Below are positions 1-9,323 of a DNA stretch of 15,168 bases, in pieces; the stretch's first letter is position 1; each line of letters begins with the position of its first letter. The stretch is from Octopus sinensis (Eukaryota): assembly GCF_006345805.1 (NCBI RefSeq), contig NW_021825544.1:1-15168 (forward strand), read 5' to 3'. A model generated the notes under the pieces. The model worked only from the letters and a program-made list of their open reading frames with translations, did no database searches and was not told the origin of the DNA. The translations under genes and the position numbers were made by a program.

Positions 1-40
1 ATATATATATATATATATATATATACATATGATAATATAT

Positions 41-1241
41 ATCATCATTATCGTTTAACGTCGCTTTCCGCGCTAACACGGGTTGGACGGTTCGACCGGG
101 TCTGGGAAGCCAGGGGCCGCTCCAGGCTCCAGTCTGAATCTGGCAGAGTTTCTACGGCTGGATGCCCTTCCTAACGCCAACCACTCCGTGAGTGGATTGG
201 GTGCTTTTTACGTGCCACCTGCACAGGGGCCGGAGGGTCCGGCATCGGTCACGATCGGTCGAGCTTTTAACGTGTCAGCGGCACGGGGGCAACAAGGTCC
301 GGGGTACTTAGAATGGGTAGGGGGCATGTGGAATTGCTGCAGAAAGCAGCCCAGGTCTTTGTAGTCACAGCATATCTCCAGAGATCTCGGTCCTTCGCCA
401 TTGCCTCAGTGAGGCCCAATGCTCTGAGGTCATGCTTGACTACCTCATCCCATGTCTTCCTGGGTCTACCTCTCCCCCTGATACCTTCAACTGTTTGGGA
501 GTGGCACTTCTTCACACATCTCTCTTCATCCATCCGCAGCACATGACCATACCATCGCAAGCGTCGCTCTTGCACACCACATCTGATGCTTCTTATATCC
601 AGCATTTCTCTCAGGATGCTTACACTCTGTCTTGCGTGCACACTGACACTACACATCCAGCGGATCATGCTAGCTTCATTTCTTTCAAGTCTACGCATGT
701 CTTCTGCAGTCACAGCCCATGTTTCATTACCATGAAGCATGGCAGTTCGCACACATGCATCATACAATCTACCTTTTGCTCTGAGGGAGAGACCTTTGTT
801 GCCAGTAGGGGTAGGAGCTTTCTGAACTTTGCCCAGCCATTCGTATTCTAGTGGTGATACTCTCTGTTGCATCCACCTCCGCTACTAAATTTGGTCACCC
901 AGGTAGCGGACACTATCAACTACTTCTAGTTTCTCTCCCTGAAGTGTGATAGAATCTGTTTTCTTAGTGTCTGTTGTGTCTATTGTCTCTGTGCATTCTG
1001 CCGCACATGAAAGCTATCTTATCTGTTAATTTCCCTTTAATGTTGCTGCACCTCTTATGTGTCCATAACTTACATTGGGTGCATCTTATGGAGTTTCTAC
1101 CTGTACCTTTCCTACAGGTTGAGCAGGGCCACCTACCCGAGGGGGTGTGTGCTGAGTACCTCTTGCTGCTTACTAATACTTTGGTCTTTGCTACATTTAT
1201 TCTAAGGCCCTTTGATTCCAACCCTTGCTTCCACACCCGAA
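41..1241 (-). mobile_element. 5'-truncated RTE-clade non-LTR retrotransposon (subfamily A): C-terminal RT/thumb region, 3' UTR and (GAT)n-like tail
   Basis: Minus-strand translation gives WKQGLESKGLRINVAKTK, then FRYLG-like/KGRLYDACVRTAMLHGNETW, RRLRWYGHVLRM and RGRGRPRKTW, all typical RTE ORF motifs, with a few frameshifts. Stop at 267. The 3' end (41-215) matches the tails at 11760-11952 and 12150-12343. (TA)n lies on both sides. Confidence 0.93.
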
Positions 1242-1296
1242 TATATATATATATATATGCATAATATATATATTATATATCATATATATATACATA

Positions 1297-1334
<38 letters not shown>

Positions 1335-1350
1335 TAGATATACATATAAT
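1241..1350. repeat. (TA)n microsatellite
   Basis: Imperfect TA dinucleotide run directly at the RTE 5' truncation point; a similar run occupies 1-40. Confidence 0.95.
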
Positions 1351-1361
1351 ATGTTTGTTTA

Positions 1362-1642
1362 GGCCTTATCCCATTCATTGAATAGTGAACTTTACTCAGT
1401 CATTGTAGAAATTCGGCAAAGAAATGAATTTTCGGGATGTAGCCTGGAAGGTTTTACGTATTAATTGTTTGGACTTTGTGAACGCATACCAATTGTTTTC
1501 ATAACATTTTTAATGCTTTGAATTAAATGTGACCATTTTGCGTTGAGTCTGCAGTTTGAATCACTTTAACCAAATTTTAGCAGGCCGGATTTTTGATGAT
1601 CACGATACATCACCGGCGACTCCCTGAAATCCCCATTGAGAA
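1362..1642 (-). pseudogene. Possible highly decayed Helitron PIF1-helicase fragment
   Basis: The minus strand reads LNGDFRESPVM, ...GMRS and ...FAEFL across stops and frameshifts, in the order of the helicase motifs GDFRQ, NMR and FAxFLL. The match is weak. Confidence 0.3.
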
Positions 1643-1643
1643 A

Positions 1644-1960
1644 TCTATATATATAAAACTCATCTTGTGAGTATCTGTGTGTTTAACTTTTGGATCTACC
1701 AAGTTTCATTATTAAGGATGGAAAGTAGTGTGTAGCAAATCTATATATATAAAGCTGAAGTTGTCTGTGTGTGGCAGGTTTGGTAGCCTTCAACTAACAC
1801 TATCTCCTTCGAGAACCTGCAGTGCAAGCTGACCAAAATTGAGAGTATGATAGAAGAAAGCTTGGTCTTCATTCTGTAGAAGATAAAATTGAAATCGGAC
1901 CATATTAACATCAAAAAGGTGCTTTTTTTCTATGAAAATGACTGAAACAAATAAAAGAAT
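1644..1960 (+). mobile_element. Two adjacent Helitron-like 5' termini (non-autonomous fragments)
   Basis: A|TCTATATATATAAA...GTGTGT occurs at 1644 and again at 1740, resembling the TC-start 5' end of non-autonomous Helitrons. No CTRR 3' end was found, and the right boundary is approximate. Confidence 0.4.
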
Positions 1961-2141
1961 AATCAATGAGAGGCCTTGTTTTAAGTAAGGGATCAGTTTC
2001 TCCATGTACTTGGTTTACTCTTAATCTCATATACAAAACTTGTGATAATTTATGAAAAATGTCTGCTTATCATGATGCTTGAAACATAGTGGTCTTTTAT
2101 TTTATATTTCCATGTAATTTATATTATTATTTCTATATTAG

Positions 2142-2255
2142 GTTCGCGAAGATGTCCTTGGAGCTTTAAATAATAATTTTCTTCAAACTTTGAACAATGC
2201 TTGGAATGATCATCAAACATCCATGGTAATGATTAGAGATATTCTAATGTATATG
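2142..2255 (+). CDS. CUL3: Cullin-3 coding exon (N-terminal cullin repeat 1), 114 nt, phase 0/0
   Basis: TAG| acceptor and |GTAAGT donor. Encodes [38 protein letters not shown], nearly identical to the metazoan CUL3 segment [38 protein letters not shown]. Not in the ORF track. Confidence 0.97.
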
Positions 2256-2509
2256 GTAAGTTTTCATTTTAATTTATTCATAATTTAATCTTTTACTAAT
2301 AGCTTGACCGATCACTTTAATAAGTAATCAAAGTGCATACACTTCATGATTATGAAAACTAAGCTATATTAGTACAAATCTACTGGATGGTTATCGTTGA
2401 AAGGGAAATTGGGTTGATAGAAACCATTTGGAAGCTCATTCGATGGACTGTATGTAAGTAAAGAGCAAACTTTGCCATTACTAATTTTACCTGTAATTCT
2501 CAAGTAAAA

Positions 2510-2599
2510 ATGTAATTGGCTGAGTTTTCTATAAAACTCAGCCAATTACATCTATTTACTAAAAGTTTAAATGAAACTACCTATTTAGGTAGTTTCATT
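2510..2599. repeat. Two adjacent perfect inverted repeats (19-bp and 14-bp arms)
   Basis: ATGTAATTGGCTGAGTTTT-ctat-AAAACTCAGCCAATTACAT (2510-2551) and AATGAAACTACCTA-tt-TAGGTAGTTTCATT (2570-2599). Confidence 0.95.
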
Positions 2600-2730
2600 A
2601 AGCAACCAGAACAGTTGTTATTGAAACGAAATCCATAATATATACCATGCAGATAGAAGAAATGTGAAAGATGAGTGAGGAAAAAATTGGTATCCTGGAA
2701 AATATATGAAAATTAGGGGTGGGGGGACTA

Positions 2731-2870
2731 GGTACAGGCATGCCCATGTGGTTCAGAAGCTTGCTTTGCAACAACATGGTTTCAGGTTCAGTACCACTAT
2801 GCAGGACTTCTAATATAGCCCTGAGCCAACCAATGCTTTGTGAGCTAATTTGGTTGACAGAAGATTCTTA
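2731..2870 (+). mobile_element. Degenerate tRNA-derived SINE fragment
   Basis: A-box-like TGCCCATGTGG and B-box-like GGTTCAGTACC at tRNA-head spacing, followed by a SINE-like body. Decayed. Confidence 0.55.
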
Positions 2871-4249
2871 AGAACAATTTTATAAAGAAAGCTCTTTCTG
2901 GATTTCAGGTAGTTTCTGGTGAGCTGATACTTATTTCTCAACTTATCTAGTAATTTCTTTCTTCAAGCTTCATGGGAAATTCATTAATATTAATTTTGAA
3001 ACCTGAAATATCCAAGAATAGTGACAGTTCAGCATGCATAGATCTTTTTCTCAGGCTGTTTTAAGTATATCCAACAAAAATAAAAAGTTGGTATGTTTTA
3101 CTCCCTATTAGAAAGGTTGTGATCTTTGATTTTGTCTTTGCTTATTGAAAGTGAAGATATACTTGAGACAAACATTAAAGCATCAGGGATTTTGGTACTA
3201 TTCAACTTTATTCTAAGTCATGTGTTGTCTTTTTACTTCTGTTTGAGGTTATCAAATTACACTCTTTGATATAACCCAAATAACTCAAGAATGTCCACTT
3301 TTTGTTCTTAGAGAAATTTATCTGGATGGCATTGTATATATGTAAGGGTGTGCACATTACAATGTACAAGTCTTTACTCAGCAGAAGATTGTTGAATTGT
3401 CATTACATATGATTGCCAATATTACTAAATAGGATGCTTTCAACATCAATGCTTTTGCTATGTCTAGGATTCTTTTAGAAAATAAATTAAGGCTGCAAGA
3501 TTGTAAGTTACTGTTATTAGGTCTTTTAGACTTATTCTGACTTTCATTTAACTTCATCTAGGTGAAAGGTTGCATGTCACTGATAATAAAATGTTGGTCA
3601 ACATTGAATATGAGACTGCAAATCATGAAATTGTAGCTTGAAGTTATAACAGGTATATAACAGTAACTAAAGATAGTGAGGTTAGCTGGCCTTAACCCTT
3701 TTGTTACAATATATCTGCTGAAATTGTCTTTCTTTTTTTATCTCCAATTTTTAGAATAGTGAAGAATTTAACGAGATCACTTTGTTGTTATAAATCTTGT
3801 GTTTCAAACATAAATTGATATGAAATTTTTATGGAAAGTTTTGATTTAGATCAATGACATTTGTATCATAGAACCAGTGTCTAACCTGGCCAAAAAAGTT
3901 TTTGGTTCATAATACCAACCCGGCCGAGAGAACCTATTGTTATTTAAATGTAAATTTGAACCCAAATCTCATTGGTACATTCGTTAAAACACGTGATTTC
4001 ACTTTGTAAATAGTTGGGTTATAGTATCCGACATTGCTTGACGTGATATCTCAACTCAGTGAAATTTTGGGAGATTTTTTTTGGCATCGATTTTTCTTCA
4101 ACTTTGAAAATGGATAGGAGTTTCATGTTATCAAACATTGATTCCGAATTTAAAGCTTTTCCAACGGAAAATAGGGAGATATCGAGAAAAAGAATGAATG
4201 AGGTACAAAAGCACGTGGTGTACAATAATGAATAGGATATTTTTTCTTA

Positions 4250-4870
4250 TCCGAAAATGAAAACAGTGATTCTGAAGAAACTGAAAGCGGCGACAGCAAA
4301 GACGATTTTACATCGGAATGAAGTAAAAAACTTTAAAAATGTTTTTATTAGCAATTTTTCTGAGGAGACAGTCTATCCATAGTCTTTCTTAGGAAGCGAA
4401 ACCATTAAACTTTTATTTTTTACAGTATGCTTGTTTGAAGTGATCACTGCGGAAACAAACTGTTATGCAGAATGTAAACAAACACGAAATGGGGGATCAA
4501 AGTTTGGAAAAATTTGTGAAGCAAATGCTGGGTACTATTGTGGATTTAGTTTTTATACAGGGAAAATAATATTAGTCAACATGGCTTAGGGTACGATGTG
4601 GTCTGGAAGTTATTGTTTGAAGTGATCACTGCGAAAACAAATTTACGCAGAATGTAAACAAACACAAAATGGAGGATCAAAGTTTGGAAAATTTTTGAAA
4701 TAAATACTGGGTACTGCTGTGGATTTAGTTTTTATACAGGGAAACTAATGTTAGTCAGCATGGCCTAGGGAACGATGTGGTCTGGAATTTATCACTTCCA
4801 TTCTATAACCAGGGCCGTATATTATTTTTTGACCGATTTCTTTAGTTCAGTCAAACTTGCAGTGGATTTA
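4250..4870 (+). pseudogene. piggyBac (PGBD-like) transposase remnant
   Basis: Acidic N-terminal stretch (SENENSDSEETESGDS), LFEVITAETNCYA, KWGIKVWKICEANAGYYCGFSFYTGK, HGLGYDVVWKL and NQGRILFFDRF.SSVKLA (DNxFTS-type catalytic-Asp region). Contains stops and frameshifts. Confidence 0.85.
4431..4791 (+). repeat. ~180-bp diverged tandem duplication inside the transposase remnant
   Basis: TTGTTTGAAGTGATCACTGCG...GATGTGGTCTGGAA occurs at 4431-4612 and again at 4613-4791. Confidence 0.92.
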
Positions 4871-5348
4871 GGTGGATTCCAGTATTTCAGTTTATTCCAC
4901 TTTTATGGTACACCTGTTGTGCATTAAATTCAACTGATGATCTAGTGATGTGCACAATTCTTCTTTATCAAAATTTTGTTGCATACCCAATATTAGCTGA
5001 TGATTCATTTTCTATGGTGATGTTTAAACAAAATTTTAATATTTTTAGCTTTTGCTCAATTTACCTGGATTTACCTGTAATTAAAGTCACATTGAGACAA
5101 AAGTTATGCAACAGAATTGATTAAGAACCTTTTCTTTAATTATGTTCCAAATATCACATTAATATGTTGATAAGTAAAAAAGTTACAGTTATTTAATGAA
5201 ACAAGCCTAAATTCATGATTATTTTAGAATTTAATTGAAACTCATGAGTGGTGTATTTTGGTCAGAAATATAGTAACGAAAGGGTTAAATGGTTTAGTAT
5301 CAAAAGGGTTGAGGAAGCAGTTTCAGATGAGTGACTCTTCAAATATCA

Positions 5349-5540
5349 AAAGAGACCTAACTCCATAAAATGTAAATGAGAAAAGAAACAAAGGAAATCA
5401 AGAAGAAATTTAGATAGAGATAATGAAAGAGGGAAGACAGACAAAGAGACCTAACTCCATAAAATGTAAATGAGAAAAGAAACGAAGGAAATCAAGAAGA
5501 AATTTAGATAGAGATAATGAAAGAGGGAAGACAGACAAAG
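5349..5540. repeat. 94-bp tandem duplication
   Basis: 5349-5442 and 5443-5536 differ by one visible substitution (CAAAGG/CGAAGG); AAAG microhomology at the junctions. Confidence 0.95.
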
Positions 5541-5740
5541 CTACCTTCTTCCAGTTCTTTGATTATCACCCAATATTTAACCCATCAATAATTGTACAAC
5601 CTCAAAATTCCTTCAAATTTATGAAATTAAAGAAAAAATACTGAATCATCTTTATTTTAAAATATGTGAATTAGTTTTTACTTGATAATTTTTTTCTATA
5701 AGTTTTTAATTTAAATCTATTTTTAAAAATCTTTTTGCAG

Positions 5741-5901
5741 GACAGAGTGTATGTACAACAGAATAATGTTGACAATGTGTACAATCTTGGTTTAATGATA
5801 TTCAGAGACCAAGTAGTACGGCATCCCATTATTCGAGAGCATCTAAGAACTACATTATTAGAAATGGTGTCTAAAGAACGCAAAGGGGAAATAGTTGACA
5901 G
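5741..5901 (+). CDS. CUL3: Cullin-3 coding exon, 161 nt, phase 0/2
   Basis: TTTTTGCAG| acceptor and AG|GTAAGG donor. Encodes [54 protein letters not shown], which continues in frame from the 2142-2255 exon to give the cullin signature LMYMDRVYV. Confidence 0.97.
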
Positions 5902-6001
5902 GTAAGGTATTTTTTTTTTTAAATTCCTTTAGCTGTTCAAGATATTTACATATCCAAATAATTCATCTTCAGAGTATATGTATGTGTATGTAGATGCATA
6001 T

Positions 6002-6106
6002 ATCATCATCATTGCCGTTTAACATCCGTTTTTCATACTGGCATGCATTGGACAGTTCGACTGGGGTCTGAGACCCAGGAGGCTGCACCAGGCCCCAATC
6101 TGATCT
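6002..6106 (-). mobile_element. Short, diverged RTE 3'-tail fragment
   Basis: Reverse complement reads ...AGACCCCAGTCGAACTGTCCAATGCATGCCAGTATGAAAAACGGATGTTAAAC-(GAT)n, homologous to the other three RTE tails in the window. Confidence 0.85.
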
Positions 6107-6176
6107 CTATATATATGTGTATATGTATGTATATACATGTGTGTGTGTGTATATATATATATATATTATATATATA

Positions 6177-6207
<31 letters not shown>
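6107..6207. repeat. (TA)n/(TG)n microsatellite
   Basis: Direct inspection; similar tracts lie at 6494-6635, 7234-7298, 12668-12726, 13016-13057 and 14063-14154. Confidence 0.95.
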
Positions 6208-6208
<1 letters not shown>

Positions 6209-6209
<1 letters not shown>

Positions 6210-6495
6210 AGGCGCAATGGCCCAGTGGTTAGGGCAGCGGACTCGCAGTCATAGGATCGCGGTTTCAATCCCCATACCGGGCGTTGTGAGTGTTTATTGA
6301 GCGAAAACACCTTAAAGCTCCACGAGGCTCCGGCAGGGGGTGGTGATCCCTGCTGTACTCTTTCACCACTCTTTCTCTCACTCTTTCTTCTGTTGGCCGG
6401 CTCGCTTAGCCAGCGGGGTGGCATCGTTCGAAGGCTAAAACAATGCGAACACATTGTGACCAGCGATGTGTAACAACATCTGGTCAGTCACGTGA
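6209..6495 (+). mobile_element. tRNA-derived SINE (tRNA-Arg-like head)
   Basis: A box TGGCCCAGTGG (6218-6228), TCG at the anticodon position (6243-6245) and B box GGTTTCAATCC (6261-6271), followed by a ~220-nt non-tRNA body. Flanked by (TA)n on both sides. Confidence 0.85.
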
Positions 6496-6725
6496 TATAT
6501 ATATCTATATACATGTGTGTGTGTATATATGTATACACACACACACACATTTATATACCTGCATATAGATACATATATATGTATACACATATGTATATAT
6601 ACAAATATATATGTATACATATATATATCTGTATATTGATAAAAAATGACAAGACAAAAGATGAAAGAGACCTTGATATTATGTAAATAGAGGAATTTAT
6701 CTGTAAATATATGCGACAATTATTC

Positions 6726-6800
6726 GGTATCCATGATAAAACTCCGAGTTTCAGATGTTGGGGTGGAAACCCACGCCGGCATCTCTTCAGTTATCGGGCC
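6726..6800 (-). ncRNA. Type I hammerhead ribozyme-like motif (variant)
   Basis: Minus strand: stem I GAUAA/UUAUC, core CUGAAGA, stem II GAUG...CAUC with apical GUGG-GUUU-CCAC, an extra U, GAAA, near-palindromic stem III ACUC-G-GAGU, and a GUU cleavage triplet. Confidence 0.65.
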
Positions 6801-7110
6801 ATCAAGAAAAACGCTATGAAAATGACTGTTATATAGTAATCGAGTAAGCACGCATGTCCATATGTACACATATACATGCAAATACCTGCACACGCACACA
6901 TCCACACAAGTGCACAAAAAATCCCATATATGAGCAATAAAATTCTATAAATATGTAAAAAAAATATCTCTATATGTAAAAAAAGTATATAAAAATATAT
7001 AAGAAATATAAGTAAAAAGTATAGAGAGATAAACAGCTTGTATGTGGACACAATATAGAAAGCAAGTCTTATCTGTAATCTTGCGGGGACCAAAAATGTA
7101 TTTTTTCGAT

Positions 7111-7181
7111 GGTCCGATGACTGAAGAGATGCAGGAGTGGGTTTCCGCCCCAACACTGAAACTCGTTTTATCATGGCTACC
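7111..7181 (+). ncRNA. Type I hammerhead ribozyme-like motif (more decayed inverted partner)
   Basis: Stem I GGU-CC-GAUGA / UUAUC-au-GG-cu-ACC, CUGAAGA at 7121-7127 and GAAA at 7158-7161. Stem II is imperfect, and stem III is shortened by a 3-nt deletion (AC-UC-GU). Confidence 0.5.
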
Positions 7182-7244
7182 AAATAATTGTCACATATTA
7201 TATTTACAGATGTATATCTATCTATCTACCTTCATATATATATC

Positions 7245-7300
<56 letters not shown>

Positions 7301-7322
7301 CATACATATATGTGTAATATAT

Positions 7323-9323
7323 GAAACAGGCTTGGAAGGCCTGGAAGAACGGTGGTAGCAGGGAAGTGTATCAGACTGCCAGAAGGGAAGCTAGGAGACA
7401 GGTCTATCTAGCCAGAGGGGAAGCAGGTAAAAGGAAATTTGCCAATGTCCTGCGCCGTGAGGATGAAAGACTTGAGGTATTTCGTGTTGCAAGACAGTGT
7501 GTGAGAGAGAATCGAGATGTGGTAGGAGAGAAATGTGTTCACATGGAGGATGGTTCACTTGCGCTAAATGAGGATGCAAAGAGAGAAGCTTGGAGACGCC
7601 ACTATGAAAGGTTGCTGAATGAGGAAATGAATGGGATAAAGAGAGTCTGCCGAATGTTGACCCAACAGAGGGACCAGCTATCCGAGTGATAGTTCCGTGG
7701 TAGCTAAGGCAATTAGAAGCATGAAACAGGGAAAGCCCCAGGCCCATCAGGAATTACTGCAGAGATGCTCAAAATATCTGGTAGTGTCGGCTATAGCATA
7801 GTCACCCGTATAGTTAACCAGGTGATACACGAAGGAGTCATACCCAATGACTGGTGTAGCAGCATAATAGTCAACTGCTACAAAGGTAAAGGCGATGCCC
7901 TAGATACAAATAACTACAGGGGCATCAAGCTGTTGGATCAGGTAATGAAGGTACGGAGAGGGTTATAGCCAGTTAATTAGAGAGAGAGTTAGCTTAGATG
8001 ATATGCAGTTTGGGTTCGTGCCAGGGAAAAGTACTACTGATGCTATATTCCTGGTAAGACAGCTGCAGGAGAAATACCTAGCCAAAGGTAAGCCCTTGTA
8101 CCTGGCTTTTGTTGACTTAGAGAAAGCCTTTGACAGGGTCCCCCGATCCCTTATCTGGTGGTCAATGAGGAAACTAGGGATAGATGAATGGTTAGTGAGA
8201 GCTGTGCGAGCCATGTACAGACGCAGCTAGTAAGGTGAGGGTTGGCAACGAGTACAGTGAAGAATTCCGGGTAGAGGTTGGGGTCCACCAAGGTTCAGTC
8301 CTCAGCCCCCTCCTATTTATCATAGTCCTCCAGGCAATAACGGAAGAATTTAAGACAGGATGCCCCTGGGAGCTCCTATATGCTGATGACCTTGCTCTAA
8401 TTGCTGAGTCACTATCAGAACTGGAGGAGAAGTTTCAGGTGTGGAAACAAGGATTAGAATCGAAGGGCCTAGAATCAACCTAGCCAAAACCAAACTCCTA
8501 ATAAGTAGGAAGGTGGACCAACCACAAACGACTTCAGGTAGATGGCCCTGCTCGATCTGTAAAAAAGGTGTAGGTAGAAACTCTATAAGGTGCACCAAGT
8601 GTAAGCTATGGACACATAAAGGGTGCAGCAATGTCAAAGGAAGGCTAACTAGGAAAATAGTTTTTGTCTGTGGCAGATGCTCAGGAGAAAAAACACTGGA
8701 AATGTGCAGAGACCAACTTCTACCACGTTCCAGGGAGACAAACTAGAAGTAGTTGATAGCTTCCCTACCTAGGAGACCAAGTCAGTAGCGGGGGTGGGTG
8801 TGCTGAAAGTGTAACTGCTAGAGTAAGAATAGCCTGGCAAAGTTTAGGAGCTCTTACCCCTGCTGGTGACAAAAGGCCTCTCGCTAAGAGTAAAAGGCAG
8901 ACTATATGATGCGTGTGTACATACAGCATTCTACATGGTAGTGAACATGGGCCGTGACAGCTGAGGATATGCGTAAGCTTGCAAGAAATGAAGCCAGTAT
9001 GCTCCGATGGATGTGTAATGTCAGTGTTCATAATCGTCAGAGTGTAAGTACTTTGAGAGAAAAGTTGAACCTAAGAAGTGTCAGTTGTGGTGTGCAAGAG
9101 AGACGGCTGCGCTGGTATGGTCATGTGACGAGAATGGCTGAAGATAGTTGTGTGCAAAAGTGCTACACCCTAGCAGTTGAGGGAACCTGTGGAGAGGTAG
9201 ACCCGGAAAACCTGGGACGAGGTGGTGAAGCACGACCTTCGAACTTTAGGTCTCACCAAGGAAATGACTGAAGACCGAGTCCTATGGAAGTGTGCTGTGC
9301 ATGAGAGGACCCGGCAGGACTAG
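7323..9323 (+). pseudogene. RTE reverse transcriptase ORF, frameshifted as assembled
   Basis: Motifs in order: GKAPGPSGI, NYRGIKLL, QFGFVPGKSTTDAIF, LAFVDLEKAFDRV, GVHQGSVLSPLLF, LLYADDL, INLAKTK, RRLRWYGHV. TAG stop at 9321-9323. At least 10 short deletions break the frame. Confidence 0.93.

Larger units (their letters stand above)
3696..5284 (+). mobile_element. Internally deleted piggyBac DNA transposon
   Basis: TTAA at 3692-3695 and 5285-5288. Terminal inverted repeats are CCCTTTTGTTACAATATATCTG and the reverse complement CCCTTTCGTTACTATATTTCTG (3 mismatches in 22). Transposase remnants lie inside. It could be a composite of nested piggyBac pieces. Confidence 0.8.
6699..7211. mobile_element. 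Foldback element with ~110-bp inverted arms (6699-6810 / 7100-7211); probable non-autonomous Penelope-like remnant
   Basis: The arms are clear but diverged reverse complements, and each carries a hammerhead-like motif. The ~290-nt AT-rich spacer has no recognisable coding sequence. Microsatellites lie on both sides. Confidence 0.65.

Noticed and set aside
2510-2599. Rho-independent terminators
   Set aside because: The context is a eukaryotic intron, the stems are AT-rich and there is no bacterial gene context.
5671-5883. 70-aa minus-strand ORF
   Set aside because: It is the antisense shadow of the CUL3 exon.
6209-6282. tRNA-Arg(TCG) gene
   Set aside because: The cloverleaf stems are imperfect and the sequence runs into a SINE body, so a SINE head is the better explanation.
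6107-7299. Tyr/Ile-rich ORFs (YIYIYI...)
   Set aside because: They are translations of (TA)n/(TG)n microsatellites; the same applies to 13906-14266.
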